A stretch of DNA of 64,000 nucleotides, taken from Macrostomum lignano (Eukaryota). The DNA lies in the NCBI GenBank assembly GCA_002269645.1, contig NIVC01003823.1, positions 1,068 through 65,067 on the forward strand, written 5' to 3'. Under the pieces are notes generated by a model. That model ran no database searches and was not told where the DNA came from. It was given only the letters and a program-made list of their open reading frames with translations. Positions 11,401-23,400 of the stretch are shown here, one piece after another; the first letter of the stretch is position 1, and every line of letters begins with the position of its first letter. The position numbers and the translations under genes were made by a program.

Positions 11401-14400
11401 ATTTCAGAACGCGGTAGCAAGCAGTTTCAGAAGCTCTCAGAGGAGGCGCTGGCAATTATGAAGACCTGTTCCTCTACTGGCTCCAATTTAGTGGAGCGAA
11501 TCGCTGCCGGTCCCGGGTTCGTACGCTACGGAGAAGTTGAACTCCTGTCCCGGCAACAAACCGGCCTAGAGTTCCTCGGCAACGTGTTTGATAAAAAAAT
11601 TAATATTAAGAAACTTCTTCCTCAAGTGGAGGAGAGAAAGAGGCGCTTTGATTCAACTGTCACCGTCATGGAAAATCTTCTGAACTTGATTGTCGAGAAA
11701 GTTGATATGAGATTGGGTGAGTTCACTCTCGACATGGCCAACTCAATCAGAAGGGTGCTACACTCGTGAATCGTGCAGATTGTAGAAACCATTTTTAGTA
11801 TACTGAATTCCCAATATCTCACTTTTACTACCGAATCCCCAATGAAGAGCTCGCAAGTTTGTCAAGGAAAAGTTAGAAAAAAGTCTTTGGAGGGTTCATC
11901 TGCTAAAAATGCAGTTATGCTCTCTAAATGGATATTTAAAACATTTAATTTTGTGCAAAATACTTGATAATCTTGCAAGTGAAGTTCAAGATGCATTTCG
12001 TTAGCGAGATTTTCACGATTTGCGAGTAGCCTATGGCTCTTGAATTTTTAATAGGTCGTACGCTCGTACCATAATAAACTGATTGTAACGAAAATTCCCT
12101 CACCATTTTAGTCAACTTAGACAACTTCAGACACCTGTTGGATAAGGAAAATTTAAACGGAACTAAATTTGACGAGCTAGTGGACATGGATCTTCCACAA
12201 TATTACCTTCAGTTGAAACACTTCCAGCTTTTGGTTGGCCTTGAACCGACAATCCTCGCACTAATGAACCGGTTCGATAACTTAATGCACAGTAGGACAT
12301 TTGATGCTTCAGTTCAGGAGAAGATCAAGTTGAAGGCAAAAGAAGATGGGACTGACATGGGAGAAAAGCTAGACGTCCGTAGTCTGGTCCTCTGTCTGGC
12401 AGCTGCTGTTGACCACTGGGACGAAAAGGTGCTCAGCCTTCTCTCAGACGAAGCCACTTTGGAAACGGCGGAAAACTTTTTTGGCACTATCGCTCAGAAC
12501 GATGACGAAAGTGAAATCAGAGCTGAGATCGAGTGCTTTAATCCTCAGCCGGCTGAACAAGAGTGGCTTGACTTCTTGCAGAGGTTTCTGTTCGCCAGGA
12601 AAATGTCCCGCAACTCGCAGGTGGCTGCTGCTATCATCCGGGTGATGGAAAAGTTTCAATTGAATCACAATATAGAGTCTTTAAAGAGAGCTGTAAGAGT
12701 TGGAGAGGCCAGTGTAGCTGTACCGCTCAGAACCGTGAAACTAACGGAAATGAGCCAATTCGATTACCTCGACAAAGCTTCGAAAGAGAGCCGGTTCTTG
12801 CCACTAATGGACGCAATTGAATGCAGCCATGAACTCTGCATGTGGCTCAGAAGCAACGTCCCCTCTGTAAAAGAGGCAAAAACCTTTTTTGACTTAGCCA
12901 TGGTTTACCTGGGAGATTCCGGTGATCTGGAGCAGAAAAAGATTGAAACATTCTACACCGTTGTGACTGAATTAGGAAACATTGTGTACGGCCTCGACGG
13001 GTCTGCTGGGCACGAGAAGAGTATCAATGAGTTTCTGCAGGACTGCCAGGAGATTTTTCAAAAATTAAACCTTAAGCCTAGCTTGATCAAAGACCTGAAA
13101 GAGACCAGCCAGAGACTCGACTGGATAAAAATAATCAAAGAAAACCAGGGCTCTGTAGAGAAGTCGACTCTAAAGTCAATTGAAAAGATTCTCCAATGTG
13201 GCTCCATCGAGATCGGCTGCTATGTTACTAACGAAGAAAATTTTCAACTGAGAATTCATTCTACTGATGCAGGAGTACAACAGGTACAACTTTTTCCGAC
13301 TGTATTTAAACTCGAAGACGTGAAGGACTTACAGTCCAAGCTAATGCTTATTGCTGGCCAGACGTATGAGAACCAAGCTCTGCTCGATCGCTTTGTTCGA
13401 CTAACCACAAGCATGTTTCGCTTAGTGGATGTGTACGGCGAGTTTAAGCAACAGTGCTGCATACTGTGCGAGCACATGTTTATGAGGTTTAACCTATTTA
13501 CTAGGGCCGATGCCAATGCAATTATTGAGCTGCGGCTCAGCAACCAGGAGAGAACCCTGAGCTATAGGTATTTTGACGTAACTAGAGGATTAAAAGACTT
13601 TTCTCACGCGTTTTCCGACTGTCTCGAGGAATGGAAGGAGGAGGTGGCGCAGGCTCGGCGATTGCACTACAATCTAAACTTTTTCAGTCTGAAGCAGATT
13701 CTACTTTTGCAGAGAGAACTGGCCCACCTGTTCAGGGTGACAGGCACAGTGAGCCAATCAGTGCTGAATTTGCTCGGCTACGTGTGTCCTGATTGTTCCG
13801 AGGACGATGTAAGAAGAGCAATACAGGAAACGAAACAGTCCGACAAAAAAGAGAAAAAGCAGCCCGCTCCAAAAAGTAATCCACCTGCGCGGCAAAAAGA
13901 CACGAATGAAAGCAACGGGCCTGTGGACACTGCTTTTAAGCAAATCTGGAATGAGTACCTTAATACAACATCCAGCGATTTATCAAATTTTGAGAAAGTT
14001 GCGCAATTCCTAAATAGTATCAGGAATTATCGAAGAGTTGGAAAAACCATATCCGGCGAGTTCAAGAGTAAGTTTAATGAAAATAAAATTTTCGCAGTCA
14101 GCCTTGAGCCGAGTGAACAGCTCTTAGTACTGCTTGAGCTGTTTTATCTTGCCTACCAATGTCTGCCACAGTATGAACAAGTGTTGATATGCAGTAAGGA
14201 TACAAGTGAAGAAGAAATTAATGTGTTTTTGCATCGTGCCATACTTAGTCAGAGCCCGGATCACCTCTTTGTGATAATGAGCGCTGACCAGCTAACCTAT
14301 GACCTGTCAGTGATTGCTGAGCAGAACTCAGTCTCCTACTAAACAGCGTAGATGGCCGGATTCAATCGTATTTCTTCGCACTGTTTCCGCTTCAAAGCCA

Positions 14401-17400
14401 AAAGCAATATCCATTTTGCAACGCCCTCAGTCCATTTCAGAAAGATTTAACTACCAAGCCCAGCCAGAAAAAAATTATTAATTGGGTTGCACAGTTCATG
14501 AGAAGGGAAGCAGGTCCAGCTCACAGCAGTTTTCTTTGGATCACTTCCGATCGTTCAGGAATGGGGAAGTCGCACCAGTGCAATGAGATTGCCAAGGTTC
14601 GACCAAGACACGAGGCTCACGTATTCAGCTGCAGTGATTCGCACCTGGATGTCGACAAGTTGTATGATTTCTTTGCCAAAGCAGACAATAAAGACAGGCG
14701 GCCCCGGACATTTCACCTGGATATTGCTCGTGAAGTACAGACAGGCTTTGAAAATGCTTTCACTCAGCTTGCAATTTTTGGAGCCATCACAGACTCAAGT
14801 GGACGAATTTGGCGCAGAAGAAGAGAAGACCTGTACTTGCTGGAACATTCGAGAAATTATCTATTCAAAACAGAGTTCTTCGTACTTCGATACCTGCCGT
14901 CAATCACTTGTGTTTCGCCAAGCGACGCTTTGAGGCAGCTCGAAGCAGGTGAAATGGCATCAGACTGGCAACCGCTGCTCAGCGATTCGCATCTCCAAAC
15001 CGCTGTGTGCAAGCGACCTGCAGTGTACCTGGCATCCCTAGGCAATAGAAATGCTGCTCACTGTGACTTAGAAGCGCAAATTCCTTCAATTGAAATCGTG
15101 CGTCTGCTTTTAGAAAATTGCGGCATTGACAATCCATCGTGGCTTGAGCTGAACAACTTCGCCAGGTTTTTCAACGGACAGCTTGTTGACTTTGAGCGAT
15201 CCCCTTTCTGTGAGCCACTAGCCGAGCAAGACCTACCTGGCTTCAGAAGATTTGTGCTTTCCTGTCTTTTGCTCATGTCGAAAGATTTTTCAAGTCGCTC
15301 ATTGAACATCGCGGATGAGAGCAAAGCTGCACAACCAAATGCAGAGAATGATCGTCCACTGATTGAGAACTTTGAAGTCCGCCGTCGTTGGGAGCACACC
15401 TCTCACCCCTATCTGCTGTTCAATCAAGACGGCACGACCTTTACATTCGTCGGCTTCACAGTGAGTCAACAAGGTCATCTCTTGGACAGCGCGAGCAACG
15501 ATGTTGTACAGGAAGACATCATGAGTCCGCAGCTTTACCAGAGCCTCATCGCACAACGTGTTCGACTTCAAGAGCGGTTCGAGGATCTGAGTCGGCAGAA
15601 TAAAATTGAGAGAATGAGAATGGTGTTCGGTCACTCTGACACTAATTTCCCGGACCCCGATCCGTCCTATGAGCTGACTATGGACAACGTCAAAAAGATG
15701 CTGGCTATCTACATGCGGTTCAGGAGCGAGATTCCTGTCGTTCTGATGGGCGAAACGGGCTGTGGAAAGACTAAGCTTGTCGAGTTTCTGGCTCGAATCA
15801 TGCTGCCAGCTCAGTCCGATATTTGCAACATGCGAATTCTGAAGGTCCACGGTGCTGTAACAACTGCCGATGTGGTGAAGGCAGTCCATGACGCTGTTGA
15901 GTTGTCACGTCAGAACCACGCAGTGACTCCTTACACAATTCTATTCTTTGATGAAGTAAACACGACCAGTGCTGTCGGTCTGATTAAGGAAATCATGATT
16001 GACGGCAGAATCAATGGTGAGAGGATAAGCTTTGCCTATGGACTGAGATGCATTGCCGCTTGCAATCCTTACCGCAAGCATCCCGAATCGACAATCAAGA
16101 GACTGGAGAACAGTGGACTTGGATACAGAGTGAGAAAAGAGGATACTCAGGATAAATTCGGAAATGTTCCGATGCGACATTTGGTTTATCGTGTGAAGCC
16201 TCTGCCCCTCTCCTTGATCAGCGTTTTGTGGGACTTTGGCAGTCTCTCTGATGATTCTGAAAGGAAGTACATCACCAGAATGGTTGAGTCCAGACTTCGG
16301 ACCTCTCCAGCACAGAAGACACGCCTTGTAGAGCTGGTTGCAGCATCACAACACTTCATGCGCACTACGGATGATGAGACAAAGTATGTTTCACTGAGAG
16401 AAGTCGAGAAGGTCATAGTCGTGTTCCAGTGGCTTTCAAATGGATTGCTAGCACAGTTGGACGCTCGAGATGACGGAGATTCTGATTGCAATGAGGAAAC
16501 TCTAATCGAAATTATGGCTTTAGCTTCGTGCTATCTGAGTCGCCTGCCGAAGGAGAACAAAAATGGCTATCTCGAATTGCTGTCTCAGGTTCTCAATGCA
16601 GGTCTGAGTCCTCATGATATTATGCAAATCATTACCCGATGTCATCAAAGGCTTTTGAATGACATTTCGGAGCATCTGCCCAAGTCAATTGCCAAGAACG
16701 AAGCTCTTAGAGAAAATGTCTTTATGATGGTGCTTTGCATCACACTTCGAATCCCATTGTTTGTCGTCGGAAAGCCTGGAAGTTCCAAGTCGCTCGGAAA
16801 GTCGATTGTGAAGAGCAACATGTTAGGAACGAACTCACAAGGTGAAATATTTCGCCAGCTTCCAAATACGCAGATGCTGTCGTTCCAGTGTTCCCCATGG
16901 TCAACTTCTGAGGGAATCATCAAGACGTTCGAACAGTGCTCTCAACTGCAGAAAGAAAAGGACCTCGATAAGTTCGTCTCCGTGGTTATTCTTGACGAAG
17001 TCGGTTTGGCAGAAGACAGTCCCAAGATGCCTCTAAAGGCACTTCACCCGCTTCTTGAGGAAGGCTACTTTACTGACTCCTTGCAAACAGCTCAAAACAG
17101 AAAGCATAGCAAAGTTGGCTTCATCGGTATCTCGAACTGGGCTTTGGACCCGGCCAAAATGAACCGCGGACTGTACTTGTTGCGAGACGTGCCCACGCAC
17201 GAGGATCTACTGGACACGGCAAAGGGAATCTGCCAAAGTCAGGTTCGAAGAGATCGCGTTCGATCACACCTGGAGCATGTCACAACGTTTTACGAAGAAA
17301 TATACGACCACACGCAGAAGGAGAGAGAGTTTTTTGGCCTTCGTGACTACTTCAGTTTGGTAAAGCATTTGGCCTCAAAGTCTACCCTGAATCTTAGGAC

Positions 17401-20400
17401 TGTGGCTCAGTGCATAAAGAGAAACTTCAGCGGATTCGGCGACTTGGATCCAGTGGACTTCTTTGCTAAAAATATTCTTGGGAGAGAAATCGACTTGGGC
17501 AATTATTCAGCCATCAGAGATGCTCTGCGATCCACTGGTGAGGAGCAGCGATACCTGCTGCTTATCACGGAAAACTATTCAGGCTTAAAGATTTTGCCTC
17601 GACTGCTCGAAGACGAGGACCATGATCAGCAAGTGAGCATCATCTTTGGCAGCAGCTTTCCAAAGGACCAGGACTACTCGAAAATCTGTCTGGACATCAA
17701 TCGTATTAAGATCTGCATGGAGCGAGGCAGCACTGTTGTCCTGCTGAACATGGACGCTCTGTATGAAAGTCTTTACGATGTTTTAAACCAGTACTATGAG
17801 CAGTGCGGTGACGATCGCTTTGTCGATCTTGGACTTGGCACCCACCGGCTCAAATGCAAGGTGAACCTGAACTTCCGCATGATTGTCGTTGCTGAGCAGA
17901 CGACAGTGAGAGAGCGATTTCCGATTCCATTGATCAATCGGCTTGAGAAGCATAAGCTCACAGCCTTGGCTATGCTATCGAATGAGCAGAGACTCTGTGC
18001 TACGCGACTTTCCAAATGGACTTCAAAATTTATTTCTAAAACAAGTTTATCACCAGAAAAGAATCCTAGCGGTGCCTTTGTGGGCTTTCATACCGATGTA
18101 ATATCAACCCTGATCATTGACTTTGGAGTTGACGAGCTAAATATCAAGAACTGCCTGCTAGCTGTTGCTACAATGGATAGTCTAGTTCGTCTTGATCAAA
18201 CAGAACTGAAGCAGTATAAAGAAGAGTATTTAGAAATCTACTACAACGTTTTCAATCTGAGTAGTCTATTGTCTTTTTTAGAGAGCAGTGTTCTAATTAG
18301 GAATCCGGCAAAGTCATTCTTTCAGGTGACAACTCATGATAGACTTATGACAATCTCCGAATGCGAGACCCTGCAGAGGCATATTAATAAAGAAGTGAAG
18401 TTCGAAAACTTAAGTACATTTCAGAGTGAGAACGAGTTCAGTGAGTATGCTAAGCGCTTTTTTACTGAGAGCGACTGTTCGATTCTGATACTGCAATTTG
18501 AAGGTCTCAGGCAGAACTATCAGAATCTGTTGGCATGCACGAAGTACCTGATTGAGGATCATTTCAAACAGGCTTTAGCAGCTAGTCCAGACCATTGTAG
18601 AAACAAGCGGGTGGTATTGTTGATCAAACTTGTTCGTTCGCACGTTAGCCCATTCACTGGCTTTGACTCAGGCCGGTGGCAGTCGGTGCACATTGAAGAG
18701 TTCATACCCTCAGGCAGAGTAAACATTCGATTATTAGATGGTAAATCAGTGGCTACTGCTGTTAACGCCTCCCTTGAAGCGCAAGAAAAGTTATGTCATT
18801 ACAGTAGTCAAGAATACGCCCATTTGCTAGGCGAAAGAATAAACACGCCAATAGATCTAAAAATGTTAATCGATGAGTCAATCCATCAGGCCATGAGCCT
18901 TCTCAAAGATGGTCAAGTTGGGAATATCGACGAACAAGACTGTCGCTTGTTGGATAGGCAGCTGATTCTAAACGACGCTTTAAAGGGTACGCCAAACAAT
19001 TCAATCGAATATTCTAACAATTTTATATAAGCTTTGTCTTCACTATTCGTATTCTTGCTACATTTTCAGATCGTACATTTACTAAATGTATGTACAAGTT
19101 CATTGTCAATGTGCTTACCTGGAAGGACGAAAGCTCGGTTGCTACGTATAGTCCCAGCGAATGGCTCAGTCGCGAGGCCGCACACGATCAGAGGGTCACG
19201 GATGCTGGCACTTTTATGTGAGAAAATTCGGGTCACTTTGACGGACTTTATTATTCTTACCTTGACAAATATACATAAATTTCTATTTTCAGCGAGAGCA
19301 CGTGGCGCGTCCTGAAACAGAAAGTGGCTCCTGCCATCGCCTGCTTCCTGGCATTCTCCGACCGAGACCAGAACCTCAACTGCTACCGACGCGATGGCCT
19401 GCGAGGCCTGTGGATGCGCATGGTGGAGCCGGCATCCGATCTCGACCAGATCACGGAGAACCTGGTGAAGGGAACCACGGGCGAGTTCCAGAGGATTGAA
19501 GTCGCTTCGTCCTCATGCGACGGTCACCGGTTCGCGTGCCGATTTCCGTTCTCCTGGGCGGTGGTAGAGCGACTGGAGCGAATCTGCAACAAAGAGCAGC
19601 AGAGAGAGGCGGAGCGCTTAATGGAGCTGTTCTTGAACAGCACCCCGATTGGCCAAGTTCTCCAAGATGAAGAGGCCATCCCGGATCTGGTTGGCGGCTT
19701 CTGTCATGACCTTGTGCGAATTCGCATCGCAAGAGTAACCGAGGAAATGCTGCAGGTGCTGGTTCCCGTGATGCTGCGAGGACTCAGCGACAGAGCTGGG
19801 ACTTGTTTGGGCGCCGCGGTGTTCGAGAGCTTCTGGCTGTTCAAAGAGTTCAGCCAGCAGATGACGCTGGTGACTAGGTTGATGCAGAAGGTTCCGGGCC
19901 TGGCGCTACCTGTGGACAGGATTGACAGGCTTGGTGAACTACCTGAGGTAAGTTGGTTAAAGAAAGCAATTTGAAGGACTGGTGCATGGGCATGAAAATA
20001 TCATATAATTTTGCACCTTGAAATTAAAAGAAATCCAAAGCAAAAAAATGAAAACCCACTCTCTCTTTGCAGGCCCTGTTCGAGACTTTTCACGAACATT
20101 TGATTCAGAGATGTCCCCGCTTGAATGTGGCCGAGAACCGCTCCCAGTGGATCAATGATGTTGAGAATTCACTGCCTATCGTCGCAAGTTTGATAAATAA
20201 CTACGGCAATAATGCTATGCATAGCCAGTGGCAGAAAATTCTTTGTTGGTTTCTATTTTTGAAAAATGTTGCTGCACCATTCGATGCCGACGATACAGTT
20301 GAAGACGGCTCTTTTGATCCAACTAGACTCTGGACGGTAAGAGCCAATGCCAATAAAAGTATTTTATTAATCGATCAAAATATTTGAGACCCGTATCTTT

Positions 20401-23400
20401 AAGTCATGTGGTTGCAAGTAGGAAGAATCACAGAAAGCTACTCATGACGCAATTTCAGTTGCTGAACCAAAATCCCAACGTCGACTTTAAAGAGTTGGAT
20501 GGTCTTCGTCTTATAGAAGGAATCTTAGAAGGCATGCATAACGAATTGCGGCACCGACTGACACTGTAAGTTTAGTTACCTTGCCACGACTGCTTTTGAG
20601 TCTTAGCAGCAAGTTAGCCTCACCACATTTCGCTACGAAATTTCAGAACGACTAGATGCTATAGGTGTAATGGACGCTTACAGTCGCTCCTACGCCTGCC
20701 GTGTCAGGAACACCTTTGTCGAGATTGCCTCGTCAGGCGGATCTTGTCCGCAGCCGCGAAGCGCGACTGCTGCATTGATTTCAAGAATCGATGCAGCTGT
20801 CTCTTTCCTAACTTTCGTCGAATGAATCGCTACCTTCTTCGAGAAGAAAACGCAAACACTTGTGCAGTTGTTCCTGGAGACGGACTGCATGACGTAGTAG
20901 CAGTTGAGTTTGAAGACATGGAAACCAATGAAGAGATGCAGAATGAACTGATAATGCAGGACAGTCGGGTTCTGGTTGGCTTAGCGAATTTATCTTTTGT
21001 TTGTCCCTCTTGTCGAAACGAGCATTTAGCCACTGAGGTGTTTGGATCTCGCTTATTTGTAATACGGCAGTTCAAATCCAGGTGCAAGACTTTTCTACTG
21101 GAAGCCATCATGAAACTGTGCTTTGGGCAAGACAGCAGGTCATTCAATAGCTACAATCGACCACCGAGTAGCGACCTCTGCGATAGGTTGCTTTTGTACG
21201 TTACAAGGGAAGGCGGAGACATTGAGCTCATTTCATGGACAACAGAAAGAGACGACGAAAATCCAGTGGTGTTCCGCTCGTTTCTTCTACAGCAGCTGCT
21301 TGCATTCAACAAAGAAAAAGTTTGCGACCAGCTAGACGAGCACTTAAGAGCCGCAGATAATATTGTCCGATCAACAGACAATTTAGTACTCATCGTCGTC
21401 CACTGTTTAGAGGTAAAACACTCGTTAAGAAAATATTTAATTTAAAGCCAAATTCAGCAAACATAGCTCGTAAAAACAAGGCTTTCAAGCGAACTCACGT
21501 AATTTTCCGAAATTCAGGATTTGTGGATCTCCCGCCTCGCAACGCATCCCGTCGATCAACGACTAATGCGCGCCGTCATCGAGGTAGTCGACGCACCGGC
21601 TCCGAGAATTTTTCCTGAAGACTCTGACCCATTAGAACTGCAGCGGCTCCGTCAGGTGGCCGACTGGCGCGTCGCCCTGTCGCTGCTGGCCACCAGCATC
21701 GCCGCCCTGCCCGAAGGAGGGCAAATCGTCAATCATCTGCCTCTTCTACAGGATGACCGACGTCGAGAGCAACTGGCCCGCTCGCTGCTGCAGCACCAGT
21801 GGTCACGGGTGTACTTCCTGCGCTGCCTCAGCCGCTTCGGCGGCACCTGCGCAGCGCTTGAGCGACTCCGAGCAGATGAATATTTGGCCAGGGTGTTCCG
21901 CGAGGAGATGCAGCTGATCGAAGGCCGGGTGGAATTGCCAGACATCCTGCTGTGCCATTCGGACGTGTATAGAAATGTGCGCAGATGTCTGTATCAGGCC
22001 TACCTCACTGGAGAGCTCAATCAGCAGGTATGATCAGCTGCCAGTGTTGGTCATTAATTGGATGTTAAGGTCGAGAAAGAGAAGAGCAGCCACCCCACAG
22101 CACACAGTGTACACAGCACACAGTGTACACAGCACACAGTGTACACAGCATGCAATGTACACGCGACACTGAGTGAGGAGCAGCCACCCCACAACACGCA
22201 GAGTACACAGGACACTGATTGAGGAGCAGCCACCCCACAACACGCAGTGTACACAGGGCACTGAGTGAAGATCAGCCACCCCACAGCACGCAGTGTACAC
22301 AGGGCACTGAGTGAGGAGCAGCCACCCCACAGCATACAGTTTACAAAGGACACTGATCAGCCACCCCACAGCACACAGTATACACCGGACACTGAAGATC
22401 AGCCACCCCACAGCACACAGTATACACCGGACACTGAAGATCAGCCACCCCACAGCACACATTTTACAGCATAAGACTTTCCTGTTTCAGAGACCGGATT
22501 TCCCACCAGCCGAGAGTCCTATGGTGGCTCTGGTTGCCCTCGTCGCTGCCTACCGCCTTCGCCACATGCAAGGCAGGTGCGATGAGCAGCAGCTGACCGC
22601 CTGCATCAACTTGATGCTCAGCTGGATGACGCCCGCAGCCCAGGAGCTGTACAGGCGACTGGAGCCTCTGGCCGGGGCCACGGACGGCAATCATCAGCTT
22701 TGTCTGCTGCAGATTCACCTGGCCTTCGTGTTGGCAACCTGCCAGTCTGACATTGTCAACTTTCTCACTCAACTGCCGAACAACTTCAACAACTGGCTGC
22801 TGCCTGGCATGCGGCATGACGAGCTGTTCGAAGCTTTCACGGCTCAGGGAATCGGGGGCACCCGCGCCTATGGTGAGCTCGCTTGGGACTCTTCAATTAG
22901 TCTGCAAGACTATGGATTTTAACTGCTTCACTGGCTGTTGACTCATTTCAGCTTGCCCCAACGGCCACCCGTACTACATTGCTAATGTAAGTCTTTTGTA
23001 TGTTGTTGACAGATAAGTTTGAGGTGGAGGCGCAAAGTGGGGATCGGAGATAAGAGGGTGGAGGCGCAAAGTTGGGGTCTTACTCAAGATTACGAAAGAG
23101 ATTGAGAAATATATGATTGGCATCTGATAGCCAGGCAAGAAATTCGAGCTGATTTCAACCACAGCTAAAAATGCAAAAGCGATAAAATAATAATCGGTCA
23201 TCTGGAAAGTTCTTGGCTGTCGTCATAACTTTATGATGATCACGAAATTCGTGGACAAAAGACAAGCTCTTTCGACTTGGCCTGTCTGCTCTTTGCCATT
23301 TCTCTATCCATCAAAGTCTCTTGAACCCTCATCATTCAATTGCCCATTTGACCCCGACTCTCCCATCCTACCAGTGCGGCCAGGCGATGCAGCTCGCCCG

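Noticed and set aside
14318-14342. Programmed -1 ribosomal frameshift in RNF213
   Set aside because: No X XXY YYZ slippery site, and similar 1-bp deletions occur in the tubulin.
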